From Chlorokybus atmophyticus (Eukaryota > Plantae > Mesostigma and Chlorokybus algae), in NCBI GenBank assembly GCA_009103225.1, contig RHPI01002656.1, positions 1 to 64,000 on the forward strand: a DNA stretch of 64,000 nucleotides, given 5' to 3'. The translations under genes were made by a program, and so were the position numbers. Shown here in pieces: positions 12,978 to 26,500 of this stretch. The notes under the pieces were generated by a model that saw only the letters and a list, made by a program, of their open reading frames with translations, was not told the origin of the DNA and searched no databases. The number at the start of each line of letters is the position of its first letter. The stretch's first letter is position 1.

Positions 12978-13721
12978 ATGCCATATCGGTGGTGAACTTG
13001 TTAGCTTGTGTGAATGGGACTTGTGCGGGTGCTTATTATACCACTTATTATTTGTTTGTATACGGTATAACAAAGTTATCGACGTATGTAGCACGCATCA
13101 AATCTCAAGGTACGTACGTGAGCGACATGTGCACCATTTTTACCTTATACAATGAATAAATATGTGGTGCAGCAACAAGTCACATTAGCCAATTATGCGT
13201 TACGGGTCGTGATGAGCCTGAGCAGGGCATGCACAAAGCTGCAGAGTGCCATCACGCAACATGCAGATGTGAGTTTGTACTCATAGAAAAGTTGTAGATA
13301 TAAGCATACATAAACGCACTTACGATCACCGACACTCACCCATTATTGAACACACGCATAAAAAAACGTGTACTAGCTTATCTGTTTACACCAGGTGGCA
13401 TGTACATGTGCTGGCATGTGGTTCCTCTTATGGCAGCGACTTTGCCGCCATAATCTAGTGGTTAAGGCGCCATTGTGACAGCAAAAGCCGTTTAGGCAGT
13501 TGAAAGGGACTTGCACTGGGAGTGTCGCACTTAAAACCGGGGAGGAGGGAAAGCCGCATGGTACAATTCCACAGGCTAGCACCACCCAACAAGGTTTTAA
13601 AACATTTGAAACGTTGACAACCACCATGTAATTTGCATTCTTACAGGCTGTTTTGTGAAAGAGTTTTTTCTGATTACCAATTACTTCTATTCGTAGGTTG
13701 TGTCTATGACAGTTGTCATGG

Positions 13722-13910
13722 GGTCCATGGTGTCAATTTATGTGGTTCAACATGCGCGAGCAGGACACACAACTTCTTCTACAAGGCTTATTGATGACAT
13801 CATGAGAAAATAAATTCGAGACTAGATTTACTTCCTGCACACACAATCATAAGGTCCATGGTGTGTCAGTATGTAACATAGCATGCGCAAGGAGGACACA
13901 CGACTTCTTT
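13722..13910. repeat. Imperfect direct repeat of about 60 bp (13722-13780 and 13853-13910)
   Basis: Both copies read GGTCCATGGTGT...CATGCGC..G.AGGACACAC.ACTTCTT. Confidence 0.7.
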
Positions 13911-14383
13911 TGAAACCAAAGACATCATACGATGAGGGCAATACAGCATTCAGTGCCCCCACTAGAGAGCATCAGCCACTCGTTTCACCGGCACTGATTG
14001 ACAGAGCTCAATCCATTATCCGCTGGGGTTAAATTATCAACTGCTGTACATTTAGTGATGACATTTGATGAGCGCATGTATATACACCAAGAGAGTGCAT
14101 GTTCACTGAACATTGTTCAGTCATGTGCAATAATCAGCTCCACATCTATGTTGAAGTGCGACCAGGTGTAATGACACTGCGCTACAACAGTCTCTTGCAG
14201 GACCTCAAGCAAGAGAAGACCTATGAACACAAGGTAGTGCGCATGCAATGTTGCATGTGTACAGACATGCGGAGGACGATGCGCTCAAGCTATACATAGC
14301 AATCACAACCAACTGCATTCCTTCAAGCTTCAAACACTGTGACAGCATTTGTATCCGTTACAGAGGCGCATTGAAATATAGGG

Positions 14384-17300
14384 CTACAGGTTTGAAAAGA
14401 GCCCACCGCCAGCCTCAAGCTTGAGAGCCAGCTCTTCGCGCCGCAACTGTGAAATCAATGGGTCTGGACTCCGCATCCTCCTGCGCCTGGCACTTGGAAG
14501 TGTCACGAGATGCACATCGACACGCCGTTGGGAAGCACTGAGGGAAGAGCTCAAGTACTCACTTGTCAGCAGGGGCGCCCTTGCAGGTAGGAAACGTTGG
14601 CATGAGCTCCTTGTCCTTGGGAAAGGGCGGCTCCGTAAACCAAGCATGGTTGAGGGCCTCATCAGCTGTGATGCGCTGCAAGTCCAAAATACTCAGCAAA
14701 TACAACACCCACAGTCACAAAGTAAAAATGCAACATGAATAGCACACATGCCTTCTCCGGGTCGTAAGTCAAGAGCCTGTCAAGCAGGTCAAAGCCCGCA
14801 TCACTCAGATAAGGCTGGCCAGCCACCACAGATGCTTTAGGGAACTTATGCCGCAATAGATTGTGTGGCTGCCTTGTGAAGGACACCTTCTTCACACTTG
14901 GCAAGGAGGAAAACTCCGGCCATATCTTGTCACTGGGCGTGCCCAACAGCTTGAATATCTAGTGAACAGGCCATTGTCAGTTGCTGTTTGCGCATGAAAC
15001 AGACACACTTGCTGCAGTTCAATGACGGTCACCTTGTCTATTTGGTCAATTTCTGTCTTGCCGGTAAACAGAGGCTCCTTGCACAGCAGCTCTGCCATGA
15101 TGCATCCCAATGACCACATATCAATGGCTGTCGAGTACTCCTTCTTGCCCAGCAACAGCTCGGGTGCCCTGACAGACAGCATGCAACTATCAGTTGTCTG
15201 AATACCAGGGCACAACAATCACCGCTTGTGTAAACACTGTCAACTGCGTGCACCACATACAGATACATACCTGTACCACAGGGTGACAACAACATGCGTG
15301 TAAGGCTTCAGTGGGCTGCCATACTGCCGAGCCAGACCGAAATCGCAGATCTTGAGCTCACCCTTGTTGTTCAGCAGCAAGTTGGATGTCTTCAGATCCC
15401 TACGCACGCAGCCAAGAGCATGTGCAGTGCAGCAAACTGCAATGGAACTTACAGGTGTAATGGTCATGCGGCAATCCCACTGACTGTGTCATCAATTCAA
15501 CAAGTATGACACGGCTACGCCGCCATAGAGGCGGCATGCTGGGTAAGGGCTGCCGCTGCCCTGCGAAACTGATAGGGCAGGGCGCAGCAAGGCCCGCGCA
15601 CCTCTCAGGCGGCCCTGCCATGCCACGTAGCAAGTCTGCAACATGCATGCATCAGCCTTGCCATAACTTGCAATCTACAGCCTTACAAGAACATGTTAAG
15701 CATGTGCGGTTTCATGACATATTGACGTACATCATCATCCTTGATGAAGTACGTATGATTGGAATAACAAACTGTGAAAAGTGCGATTGTAAGCAGCACA
15801 TACACGTGTGGGTCAGGATCCAGTTGAAGGGCAACACGTGTGACCGGCTGAGCGGATGCGGCATTGCAAACACAGGAGTTGCAAAACAGGAGTGGAGCTG
15901 TGCATACCGGTGCAGGACCCAGTTGTCGTGGAGGAAATAGATTCCTTCAAACAGCTGCTTCATTAAGCACTTCACTTCTGACTGCGAGAAAGGGTGCTTC
16001 ATCTGCTCCATCAGGGCCTTGAGGTCGTGCTCCATGAACTCCATCACCATGAATATGCTGCAAGCATGATAGTTACATCACCTCGTGTACAAAACAGCTT
16101 CAGGTGTCCAAAGAACAAGCCGTACCTATCCAGGTTCTTGCCAACCACGACCTCCTTGACATTGACAATGTTTGGGTGATGAAAGGACAACAGGATATTC
16201 ACCTCCCGCAACGCTGTCATTGGGAAACCTTCCCGCTCCTGCCCACCATGAACTGTTAAGTGTACAGCGCTGTTGACTATGCGTGCAAGCTGCAGGCTTA
16301 CATGTACACAACCACGTATGCGATATGTCTGTGGTGGCAACTTAGTGGCCAGTCATCGGGACCAGTCATACCTTATCCATCTTCACTTTCTTCAGGGCGA
16401 CTACTTCATCTGACTTCTTGTCTCGAGCACGATACACCACACCATATGTTCCCTCATCAATGCTACAAGTAACATGCAACGATATGAGCATCAGCTGCAA
16501 GGAAACAAAAGCACAGGAGGTAGTCTGGAAGCACACGATGGGACCCACGCTGCATCTAACACATCAAGTACTTGAACGGCTTACCGATTTAGCCTTTCAA
16601 ACTCGTCAACACTGCGACAACTTTGCAACATGTTGATAGCACGATTCAACTGGCTTTTTGGTGAAGTTAGGTCCTCCTGTTCCTCCTGAACTGGAGTAAC
16701 CGCCTGCTGTACAAGAGATTGCAACAGAGCTCAAAAAGGACAACAACAACCAGTCAGCTGACATGAAAGCCTAGATGCATATAGACGGTTTGACCATGCG
16801 CGCTGAACCAAACGAGCAGCACTGACCTCCAGGCTGGACATGCTCTCCGGCTCCTTCTCACCCGCTTGAGAACTGGGGCGACTGGCATCCTGCTCTCTGT
16901 CAAGGTCAGCAAGTTCTTGAGCATTTAGCCTGCGCTCATAGGAGTCACCACTGTGCGTTGCAGGACCTTCGTCTGCAGGCTCCTGCTGCTCGCCATAGTT
17001 AACAGGTGTTTCATCGCCATCAGCAGGTTCAGTGCCTGGAGCCTTCCCAGGTGGGCCTATCTGCGCACAGTAAGACACATTGAGCCCTGGGGATCACCAC
17101 ATGATGCAGATATTCTGCATACCTGGGATACCTGACATGCTACGCCTCTGCCAAGTTGTCATGAACACAAACCACTGCACAGATGCCCCCAAATGATGAT
17201 AAGTGCACACCTCTTTGTCTTCTTCCTCATCACGCAACTCGCCGGTCTCTCTAGAGTCTGAAGGCGATTGGGGATGAGGTTGCTCAGCCCCATCTGTTGG

Positions 17301-18375
17301 GCTACGTGCAGCCAGCTCTGCAGCACCTTGCTCAGTATGTACATATTCAACAGGATCGTCCAGTAGATCTTCGTCTTGGGGTGGGGAAGCGTCCGTCAAT
17401 GACGGTTGAGGTGTCGCACGCGCAGCAGCAGCTGCAGCTACTGCCGCTGCCGCTTCTGCAATGATTGAAGGGGGACGCACCACGCGTAGTGGCTTGCTGT
17501 CGCCTGTTAAACAAGAAAACAACCCAATTGCAGACTGGCTGCTCACGATTGACTTAATGTACTCCAAGACTTGCGCAAAGTGGCCGTTGGCATTACCAAG
17601 AGTTGAGCTACAGACGTAATCCTTGTTATACACTAAGCTTGCACACATGCCTGCTACCGGAACGCAATGTGCTTTCAACCATTGTGACATAAAATGCCTA
17701 CACCACAAGCACTGCGAGGGGTGCAGCGCCTCGACAAGAGAAACGCATGCGTCACAGGCGCATTAGCGTTGCGTGCATCACACCAGTACAATGTGTGCAC
17801 CCAAGCCAAAGCATACAGAAACCAACGGGATACCGGCACAATCAGTCCAGATTGAGCGTGTCCAGTCACTAATGAAGCAGCGGTGGTTCATTGAGTGCAC
17901 AGGGATATGCACAGATAATCATGGACATTAGGTACGACGGAGTTATGTACACACCTTTCTCTGCTTTTGGCCTATCGTCCCAAATAATTGGTGAATAATT
18001 TTTTGACTTTTTACTCGCAGGCTCCTCGTCCGCAGCCGGGCGGGCATGCGGCGAGGCCGAGGCCGGCCCAAGCGGCGGCCTCCTATCCAGCCTTTGCCCC
18101 CTGTCCCTCCCTTCATCCCCCCTGCCTCTCCCCCTGTCTCTATCCCTCTCAGACTCTCTATCCCTGTAGCTATCCCTCTCCCTGCTGGAAGCCCTCTCCC
18201 TGCCCCTGTCCGCCTCCTTGCCGTCCCTGTAGCCCCGGGCGTCGCCGGCGCCAACGGCGGGACGGTACACCCCAGCAGGACGAAAAGGCGGCCGGCCGTC
18301 CCGTAAAGAAGAAGATGGCGGCGGGGGCGGCCTCCCCCCAGACCTGCTCCCCCTGCCGTGGTGCGCCTCCGCCAT
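14384..18375 (-). CDS. CDKG: Cyclin-dependent kinase G / CDK11 (PITSLRE family) with RD/RS-rich N-terminus, multi-exon
   Basis: Kinase motifs [43 protein letters not shown]|[36 protein letters not shown]|APELLLG and [18 protein letters not shown]|[19 protein letters not shown]. The N-terminal exon is rich in RD/RE repeats. Confidence 0.95.
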
Positions 18376-18422
18376 GCCGCCAACCACACCGCCACCGACA
18401 CCGCCCACAAGCTGGACCAGAG

Positions 18423-18439
18423 AGTTAGGGTTAGGGTTT
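18423..18439 (-). promoter_or_regulatory. Telo-box-like element upstream of CDKG
   Basis: The sense strand reads AAACCCTAACCCTAACT about 50 nt upstream of the CDKG ATG. Confidence 0.45.
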
Positions 18440-18597
18440 GAAGTGGCGCACAACACTGTGCGGAGTTGTGCGAGCTTCCGTCACTCTGTGCTCAGTTGCA
18501 CGGAAGTCCGTTGGCCGCGGGACAATCAAACTGCTGCTGAGCGTTCAATGAGCAAGTTGCTCAGTTGCTGTGTGGGAGATTGTCGGTCTGTGCGTAG

Positions 18598-18680
18598 GCG
18601 GCGGCGGAGGTGGAGGTGGAGGTGGAGGTGGAGGTGGAGGTGGAGGTGGAGGTGGAGGTGAGGGTGGAGGTGGAGGAGGG
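18598..18680 (+). repeat. (GGAGGT)n G-rich tract in the CDKG/GT29 bidirectional spacer
   Basis: About 12 tandem GGAGGT-type units, out of frame with the downstream ATG at 18718. Confidence 0.9.
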
Positions 18681-18717
18681 CGATGGGGTGTAAGGAGTCA
18701 AGGGATTCGACGGCGGA

Positions 18718-21700
18718 ATGGCTGCCGGCGCAGTGAAGCTGGCGCAGCGCCTGCTTGGGCTGTTCGCCCTGTGCTGGCCCGTACTCAACCTCCTATTGGT
18801 AAGACGCAGTTTGATGCTCGAAGCCTCATTACTCTGTGTCTTTCTGGTGCAAAACTCACGTTGATTGCGATTATTTGTCGTTGATTAGGGCCCGCATCTT
18901 AATCAATGCGCTCATTATGCTCTTGGCATTGTGCATATCCAGTTTGTGCTCTTGTGTTGCTCCTTGCCCGCATCTAAGGATGCATGACAATTGTGACCAT
19001 GTGTCAGATGCATGTATGAGCACATTGGCAAAATCAATGTGCTCACTCATGTTGTGTGTTCACCTGATCCCTTGAACAGTCACCCACTGAGAGTGAGTGA
19101 GCTAGCCCAACCACTCCCTGGCACCCTCACTCGCTCAATCACGTCAACCCCATCATCTACACCTCGGGGCTTCACTTGCTCATGTGCCTTCTTGCTCGCC
19201 CACTCATTCAGTCGCTTACTCACTTACTCAATCATTCAGTCTTTTACTCATCCCTTCAGGCACTCAGTCCCTCACTGGATTACGCTCTTAGTCGATCAAC
19301 CGAATGCTTAGCTCATCCACTAGTTGTAAGGCAACCCATCACTGGAGCTCTCACGCACCTACTTACGCAACACACGCCCGCTCTCTTTCACCCCTCATTC
19401 GCTCATCTTCTCGGTCAATCTTCGTGGTGTTGCTCAGGTGTGGGTGCTGTTGTCTCAGCGCCTCGGCCACGACGGTGGCGACCTCTTCTGCGGCGCAGGC
19501 TCCTGCCCTGCAAACTGCAAGTACGCACCCCGCGCGCATGCGTGCACGCATGGGCATGGGACCAGCACTGTCTGCGTGTGTACATGTGTTTGTTCATCAG
19601 CACACTCGCTGACCATCACAATGCGCGTGTGCGCGCGTGCACGCGTGTGTGTGTGTGCGTGTGCGTGCGTGCGTGCGTGTGGGGCGTGCGTGTGGGGGGT
19701 TGGATGGGTGGGTTGATGGTGGTGGTAGTGTGTGTGGTGTGGTGTGTGTGGGTGTGGGTGNNNNNNNNNNNNNNNNNNNNNNNNNNNNNNNNNNNNNNNN
19801 NNNNNNNNNNNNNNNNNNNNNNNNNNNNNNNNNNNNNNNNNNNNNNNNNNNNNNNNNNNNNNNNNNNNNNNNNNNNNNNNNNNNNNNNNNAGGGGGGGAG
19901 GGACGCGTTCTCAATACCGATGTGCATCCCTATATACCAACAACATGTTCATGACTACTTGCAGCGGGAAGGGCCGGTGCGGCGGTGACGAGTGCGAGTG
20001 TTTCCCCGCGTGGAGTGGTCGCGACTGCTCCATCCCTTCCTGCCCAAATGGCTGCAATGGCAAGGGGCTGTGCCTCCCCATTGGGATCTGCATGTGCGAT
20101 CGGGTAAGTAAGCACAACAAACTACTTAGTATTGAACCATCATACCAACACCCGACCTCGGTGAAAGGTAGAACATTTACAATGATAGCAGCAATTTGTG
20201 CATATGAACGTGGCTGCTATTGTTCATGATCATCTTTTATACATACATATCTGTGACATTTTTTACACCGTTGCAACTATAGCTGTCAACAATGGTGCAA
20301 CTGCAAGCCTTGATTAGAATGCTGTGTGACAATATTAGTAATCTATCCTTATTCCTACATACCTACCTGCTAGCTACAACAGAGAAGCTTGTGGTTGCGA
20401 GTAGGAGAAGTGCTGGCTTACCGCACAGCGAAAATGTTGTTGGAAATACTGACACCAGCGCGAGCTCTTGCATGAGGCTATGTGGATGTCACTGACTTTT
20501 GATGTCATTGATCATGCAGGGTTGGGTGGGAGCGGACTGCGGGGTGGACGAGGCGGAGGTGCGCACGCCCGCGGTGCTCGAGCGCCTCGGGGCGCCCTTC
20601 TCCAACACCACGCGCTTCGAACCCGAGCTTGAGATAGTGAGCAGGCCGTTTAGACTTGTGATATTCCTGTTGTGGGGGGTTGTGGGGTGTTGTTGACTGA
20701 TGTTTGTTGCTGCTGTTGTGTGTGCTCAGGCGATGACGGCAAGGGGTGTGAGGCAGTACCCACGCGCGCTGTGCAAGACGCGGGCCTGCTCGACTGCATG
20801 GGCGGCCGCTCTCTCACCCATCATCAACTTCCTCCCAAAGGAGGACAACTTCTTCGGAGCGAAGGTAGTCTGTAAGGAGCTGCTACGCATGCATGTGTTA
20901 GCAATATTGTTGTTGTGAGCGCATGCCAGCATGCGGTGCATGTGACTGTACGTGCGTGCGCACGTGTGTCACCACATGCACTTGTATGCCCCCACCCAAA
21001 TACACAAGGGCAAGTGCGCGTGGGGGTGCGGAAGTGCGTGTGGGCATGCGCGAGTATGTGTAATTGTACATGTGCACTCAAGTATGTGGGTGCGTGCATG
21101 TGTCTGCCTGCATGTGCGTTTGCATTCGCATGTTCGTGTGCATGTACTAGCCTGTTGTACGCATGCAATGCACAGCGCACTCGTTGGTCCTTCACATGTA
21201 TCATGTGCAACACTTGCAACATACCCACTGCCATGCTCCCTTGTTCAGATAGTGAGTTCAAACCCTTCCTGGCCACCATACGCCACGTGTGCAATTGTGA
21301 GCAGCGCCAAGCAGCTGGTACGCATACGCTAGCAGCATATCTACTCGTGTCACCCTTTCAATATCAACAACATCATCCTTGGCAGGTGCGGGGCTGGAGC
21401 CACGAGGGCGAGGAGGAGCCCCCACGCCTCCTCTCAGCAGCGTGGTCCGCTGAGGGCCACGGCAAGGAGATTGACGTGCATGACATGGTGCTGCGCTTTG
21501 ACAATGCCCCCACACAAGGGTGAGAGATGAAACATGTTGGGCTAACACGTTGTGCACAAGTTAGCCCAACATGTCGTTGGCACGTGTTGGGCACACATTG
21601 TGCATATGCGCACAAGCGTGGCATTGGTGTGTTAGCCCAACATGTTGTAGGCACACGTTATGCATGTGTTGTGCACGTTCGCGCAAGGCTGTGGCATTGA

Positions 21701-22826
21701 TGCCGATGTTGTTGCTTTCCCCTTAAGCTATGAGAGGTTTACCGGGCGGCGGACAACGCACCGTCTCGTGAGCCACGAGTACGCACGGATGGTGTACTCG
21801 ATGCTTGGGGCGGAGACGGTTGTGGACGACCGCACGAAGAGCGTTGTCACACCCTCTACATGGTGGGCGGGGGGCTACCCGACTGTTGAAAGGGTACGTA
21901 TACATGGCATGTCTTACTCGTTTCACATCCATATGCTCTTGTTGGAGTGGATGGCAACAACAGATTGCTCACAGTGAGTTTGCCTCATATGTCCCTCAGG
22001 TGACATACATCATGTCCACGCCGCCAACTGGTAGCTCAGAGCAGTTGCGCCCGCCAGACCCGCACGCGTATACGCCGTTCCCGGAGATCTTCCCTGGCAA
22101 CAAGTACGCAAGCCAAGCTAATGTTGCCAATGTTGAGCAGACGCACGTGGTGTGTCAATGGCCTGACTTTGCACGCAACCGTGACCTTGAGTGTGTGCCT
22201 CTTCTAGGCACGTGTTGCTCTCACCGATGTTCTTGAGGCGCGTAACGGAGGTGCACGCACGGGTGGCGTCCATCGTGCGATCGCAGGGATACGGGTGCTA
22301 CAAGGGGCCCCCGCGCACGCTCTCACCGCTCCTCATCGCCACAGTGCTCTCACTACAGGTGCACCACGACTTTTCTCTTTTTGACACGCACTCCATGTGG
22401 TACATACTGTATCTGTCCAATGTTTGGCACCATGCCATGCACCCCCGTTTGTTGCACACTGCAACTCTGTCACTGGTGCCAACTTGGGTGGTTCAGTCAT
22501 ATCTGAACACTTGACGCTGCGGGTGGTTGACGTGATGGTACACGCAGGTGTGTGGGTCAGTAGATGTGTATGGTGCGGCCGTGGGCGGGCCGAAGGTGTT
22601 CACGCCGGGGCACCGGCGGCACGACGGCGGGGCTAAGGTGTATGGCGCGGCCACAAACCGACGAGGAGCAGCAGCGGAGTCGCGCCGCGGCGACTGCTGC
22701 TACTACGACGAGGGCTATTTCAACGACATCAACTATGCACCCGACTCCCAGATTTGCGACGACCTCACGTGCCGCCACCTGATGCGGTTCCTCGTGGAAA
22801 CGGGCCGGGTGAAGGCTTACTTGTAG
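18718..22826 (+). CDS. Type II membrane protein: signal-anchor + 2 tenascin-type EGF repeats + GT29 (sialyltransferase-like) domain, multi-exon
   Basis: N-terminal anchor LLGLFALCWPVLNLLL|VWVLLS. EGF repeats CPANCN|GKGRCGGDECECFPAWSGRDC and CPNGCNGKGLCLPIGICMCDR|GWVGADC. Sialylmotif L: CAIVSSAKQL...GHGKEIDVHDMVLRFDNAPTQG|YERFTGRRTTHRLV. Motif S: TLSPLLIATVLSLQ|VCGSVDVYG. Motif III-like: CCYYDEG. Confidence 0.82.
19761..19890. other. Assembly gap (N run) within a GT29 intron
   Basis: Ns flanked by GT/G-rich sequence. Confidence 0.99.
21531..21646. repeat. Intronic inverted repeat
   Basis: AACATGTTGGGCTAACAC (21531-21548) is reverse-complemented at 21629-21646 (18 bp) and at 21560-21574 (15 bp). 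Confidence 0.85.
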
Positions 22827-23522
22827 CATGTTGGTGTAGAGACAGTGGAGTTGTGGCTTGAAGGCAGTAGTGGGATACTAGCTCTAACTTACCTGTGCAC
22901 TTTGGTAGTCTCCATGAGAGCACTCATTGTCGCATGCTCAAATTACTCTTCAGTGTAAATGAGAAGAAGGTCATCAATATCAGTGACTGCTCCATGTGGT
23001 GGGCTCGGTTTCCAGGCAGCAAACAGCAGCACTGCTTTACATAAGACTAATCAAGGATATATGCGGTGCACTGGGGATGGATACCGATCATAAAAGAAGC
23101 GCAGTGGGGTGACTTCTTGCATACAGTATCCCCAAGAGTAGTGGTTGATGACTCCATCCTTAATGTGTGACTGTGCCATCTGCTTTTTTGCATTGACTCG
23201 ACAGAACATGCTGTGGGCAATGTTCACTAACAACTGCATCACAATTGCTTAGGCATGCACACACCACCTGTAGTCTCACCTGGTTGGTGCTGGAACTCAG
23301 GGCTGAACAAACTGATGACAGCTTGAGTTGGCACTCTTTGTTGTCAACATCCATGAAAACAGCAGTGAGGCAAAGGCAACAAAACGATACTTCAACTGTT
23401 TCTGTTCGGTACACCATGTATATAACATCGCAGCAATGCCTGTACAACTGCCTAGGTAGCAATGAGTAACACATGAATGGCTTAGGCATCATCATGTCAC
23501 CATGCAACCAACCTGCATGGCT

Positions 23523-26500
23523 TCATGCAGCTTGCGATGCCAGCCACTGGTCTACAAGCTTCTCCAAAGACGTGAGCGGCAATGCACCGCTCCCAAGTAT
23601 GAGATCGTGGAACGCTTTGATATCAAACCTGTCCTTGAGCTGCTGCTCCGCGCGGTGCCGCAGCTCCCACAGCTTCAGCTCCCCGATCTTGTACGACAGG
23701 GCCTGGCCGGGCAACACCATGTAGCGGTCGATCTCGGCAATGACGTCCGCCTCACCCATCGCGCAATTTGCTGAAAAGTACTCAAGCGCCTCATCGCGTG
23801 TCCAGCCCAAATCGTGCAGGCCCGTGTCGACAACCAGACGCACCGCGCGCATCATCTCGGTAACAAGCCGCCCAAAGTCCTGTAGCCGATCGCCAAACAC
23901 AATTTGGATGCGACATTCATAACCAAGGCAGCTAAGTATTGTTGGAGAGCATGCGGGTGCGACAAACTTGCTGCAGGGCACTCACCTGATAAGGGTCCTG
24001 GTAGAAGCCCATCTCGATGCCAAACCTTTCAGTGTACAGTCCCCAGCCTTCCACATATCCAGTGCAGAACTCTTGCACCTGAGTCAAAGATTTACTTGTT
24101 TGAACGACTGCTGTTAAGCACACAGCAGCAGTTCACAACACCACGCATGCAAACCATCTTGCACAACCAAACCAAGCGCACACAAATGCACTGTACTGCA
24201 AACATGACGCACCTGCTTTCGCGCTCGAGGCAGGTTGGGCAATTCCTGAGCAACAGCAATCTGAAGGTGATGCCCTGGGACAGCCTCGTGCAGCGCAATG
24301 CTCTCCATGACGTACTTGACGCGTGTCTCATACTTGTAGGTGCTTGCATAGAAGATGCCTGCGCACATAACTTCTGGTCAATGTGTGTTGCGGTGTGGAA
24401 AGACAATCATACATACGACCATGTGCAGGTTGCACCTGGTCGAGAACGGTCCTCTGGTGGCGGGTAATAGTGCGCAGGCGGACTGTTCTTCTCGCTGCCA
24501 GTAATAACAGCCTTGGTCAATTGTGCGTTCTACACACACGCAGTAACCAAAGAAAGTATACTGCCCTGATGACTGTTGAACGGCTCAGTCAGGCTACATA
24601 CCGGAAGGGCTCAACAGCACGAATCTCAAAATCCGACTTGGGCAGAACACCGAAATAGTCCTTGAGCTTGGATTTGGATATCTCCAAGATGTCTCTGTAG
24701 CCCTGTGAAATCAACAGAGCATCATGCGGCTGAAGCAACAGTTGGCCATGGCGTTACAACAAGCAGTTCTGTTTTACCTGCAAAATCTCGTCAGGGCTCT
24801 TGGGAGCATGCTGAGGGTCTGCCTTGGTGGCTTCCATGAACTCTTTCAACGTGCCATCGAAGTTCAGCTTGCTTTTGATCCCCTCCATGTCATCCTGCAC
24901 GCAACCACCAATGTTGTAGCACACCATGAGCAGACAGCTGCACTCAGTAGGCACTGTTAGCTAGTACGACCATCATGTAGGACTGCTAGAGGCTAGCATT
25001 AATGGTGATCCTATTCAGTAAATGCCATCGTGCAAATAGCAGAGTCGGTGAGTGCATACCCTGATGCGCGCTACTTCTTTGAGACCCTTCTCGTGCACCT
25101 CAGCTGCGGTGAGAGGTAGTGAAGTGTAATATTGCACCGCATCAGCGTAGATTTCCCTACCTGCAGCAGAGTTGATGATAAACCAAAGTAAGCATTACGA
25201 CTGGACCAGATTGGAAATGCAACCCACAGCCACAACATTGTATGGGTGCAACGTTGCAAGGAATACTGCGCCAGAGACCCTGTTCCAAGACAGGACCAAC
25301 AGCAGCGGTGCGTGAATAGGACTTCAGGCTGACAGCAGAACCCATTCCAAGATACACCAACAGCTGTGCGTAATCTTACCATGCTCCCAACCAATAATCC
25401 CCGCAGTGTCTCTAGCATGAGGCGCATACTCTGTCTCCAAGAAGTTCGCAAGCTTCTCATAAGCAGGCTTCACCTGCTTGTCAACAAGCCAAATGTGATG
25501 AGACTGGACTCGTGACATCCTGACTGTCAACGCCAGTCTGTGTCAAAAGCGTCAGCAGCTGTGTCCACGCGCTGTTACTCCCATATGAGTCAACACAGCC
25601 AACCACTACTACATCCTGTGAGCTGTCATTCAGTGTGCGGCTTCATCCAAGAATACTAAGTGCCCACCTCAGTGTCAATGACTTCAAGGATCTCCTCTGC
25701 TGGGACGTTGAGTTTCTCAAACTTCGGTGCTGCTGCTGTGTAAATGGGGCTTTCATTGGCGGGGCACAGCTGCGCTCGGCACTGCCCTACAAGAGCCTCC
25801 ACAGTTGGCGGAGGCTGCGTCCTTTTGTTTGTGATCCCAGCTCGGAAAGCCTCAATGATTTGATCAGCCTGAACAACGTGGGCACACACATTGCTGCACT
25901 GCAACAGGCAATTTTCATGCACATAGCATGCCTGGAAAATGCTTCTCAAGGGTTCAACACACTGCACTCTGTGTGTATGCAATGGCTCATCTTGACGAGA
26001 ACATAGCAGGAGTTTATAACTGAGTTCCAGCGGATGAACACATGTGTTGACGATAACAGCAGAGCAGCGCACCAGTTTTGAAAAGGCTTTCAGTCTCTTG
26101 ATGAAGTCCTGGCAGTCTTTCTCATTATGGAACGGGTGGAAGGACGGGAGCTGGGGAAGCATGAGGTGAGGACCGAACAGCTGCATGGCGGGCGTCTCAT
26201 ACGCCTCCAGGATGATCAGAGCTTTCAGCTTTAACCGCAGCATGTCTTTCAGGTACAGCAGGTTCTGCAGCTCCGATGGAGGGCACTCGTCCTCAGGAAT
26301 CTAAGCACAACAGCCAGCAGTCATCAGATTATCATGAAACACAGTGTTTCATACAAGACGACTGTTTGACAGCTGCATTGCAAGTGCTGATGCCAGCCAA
26401 TGCACGTTCATCTTTAGGGGATCGCAGTGCATTGCATCTTCAAAGCACAGCGGCTGCTGCGCGTCGCGGCTGTTCAATATGCAAACGATGGCTGCACAAG

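Noticed and set aside
13373-13627. WHVHVL as a possible Helitron/HUH motif
   Set aside because: An isolated hexapeptide in a stop-riddled frame, with no Rep or helicase motifs nearby.
18421-18440. TTAGGG repeats as a chromosome end or interstitial telomere
   Set aside because: Only about 2.5 units inside a gene leader, so it was treated as a telo-box-like motif instead.
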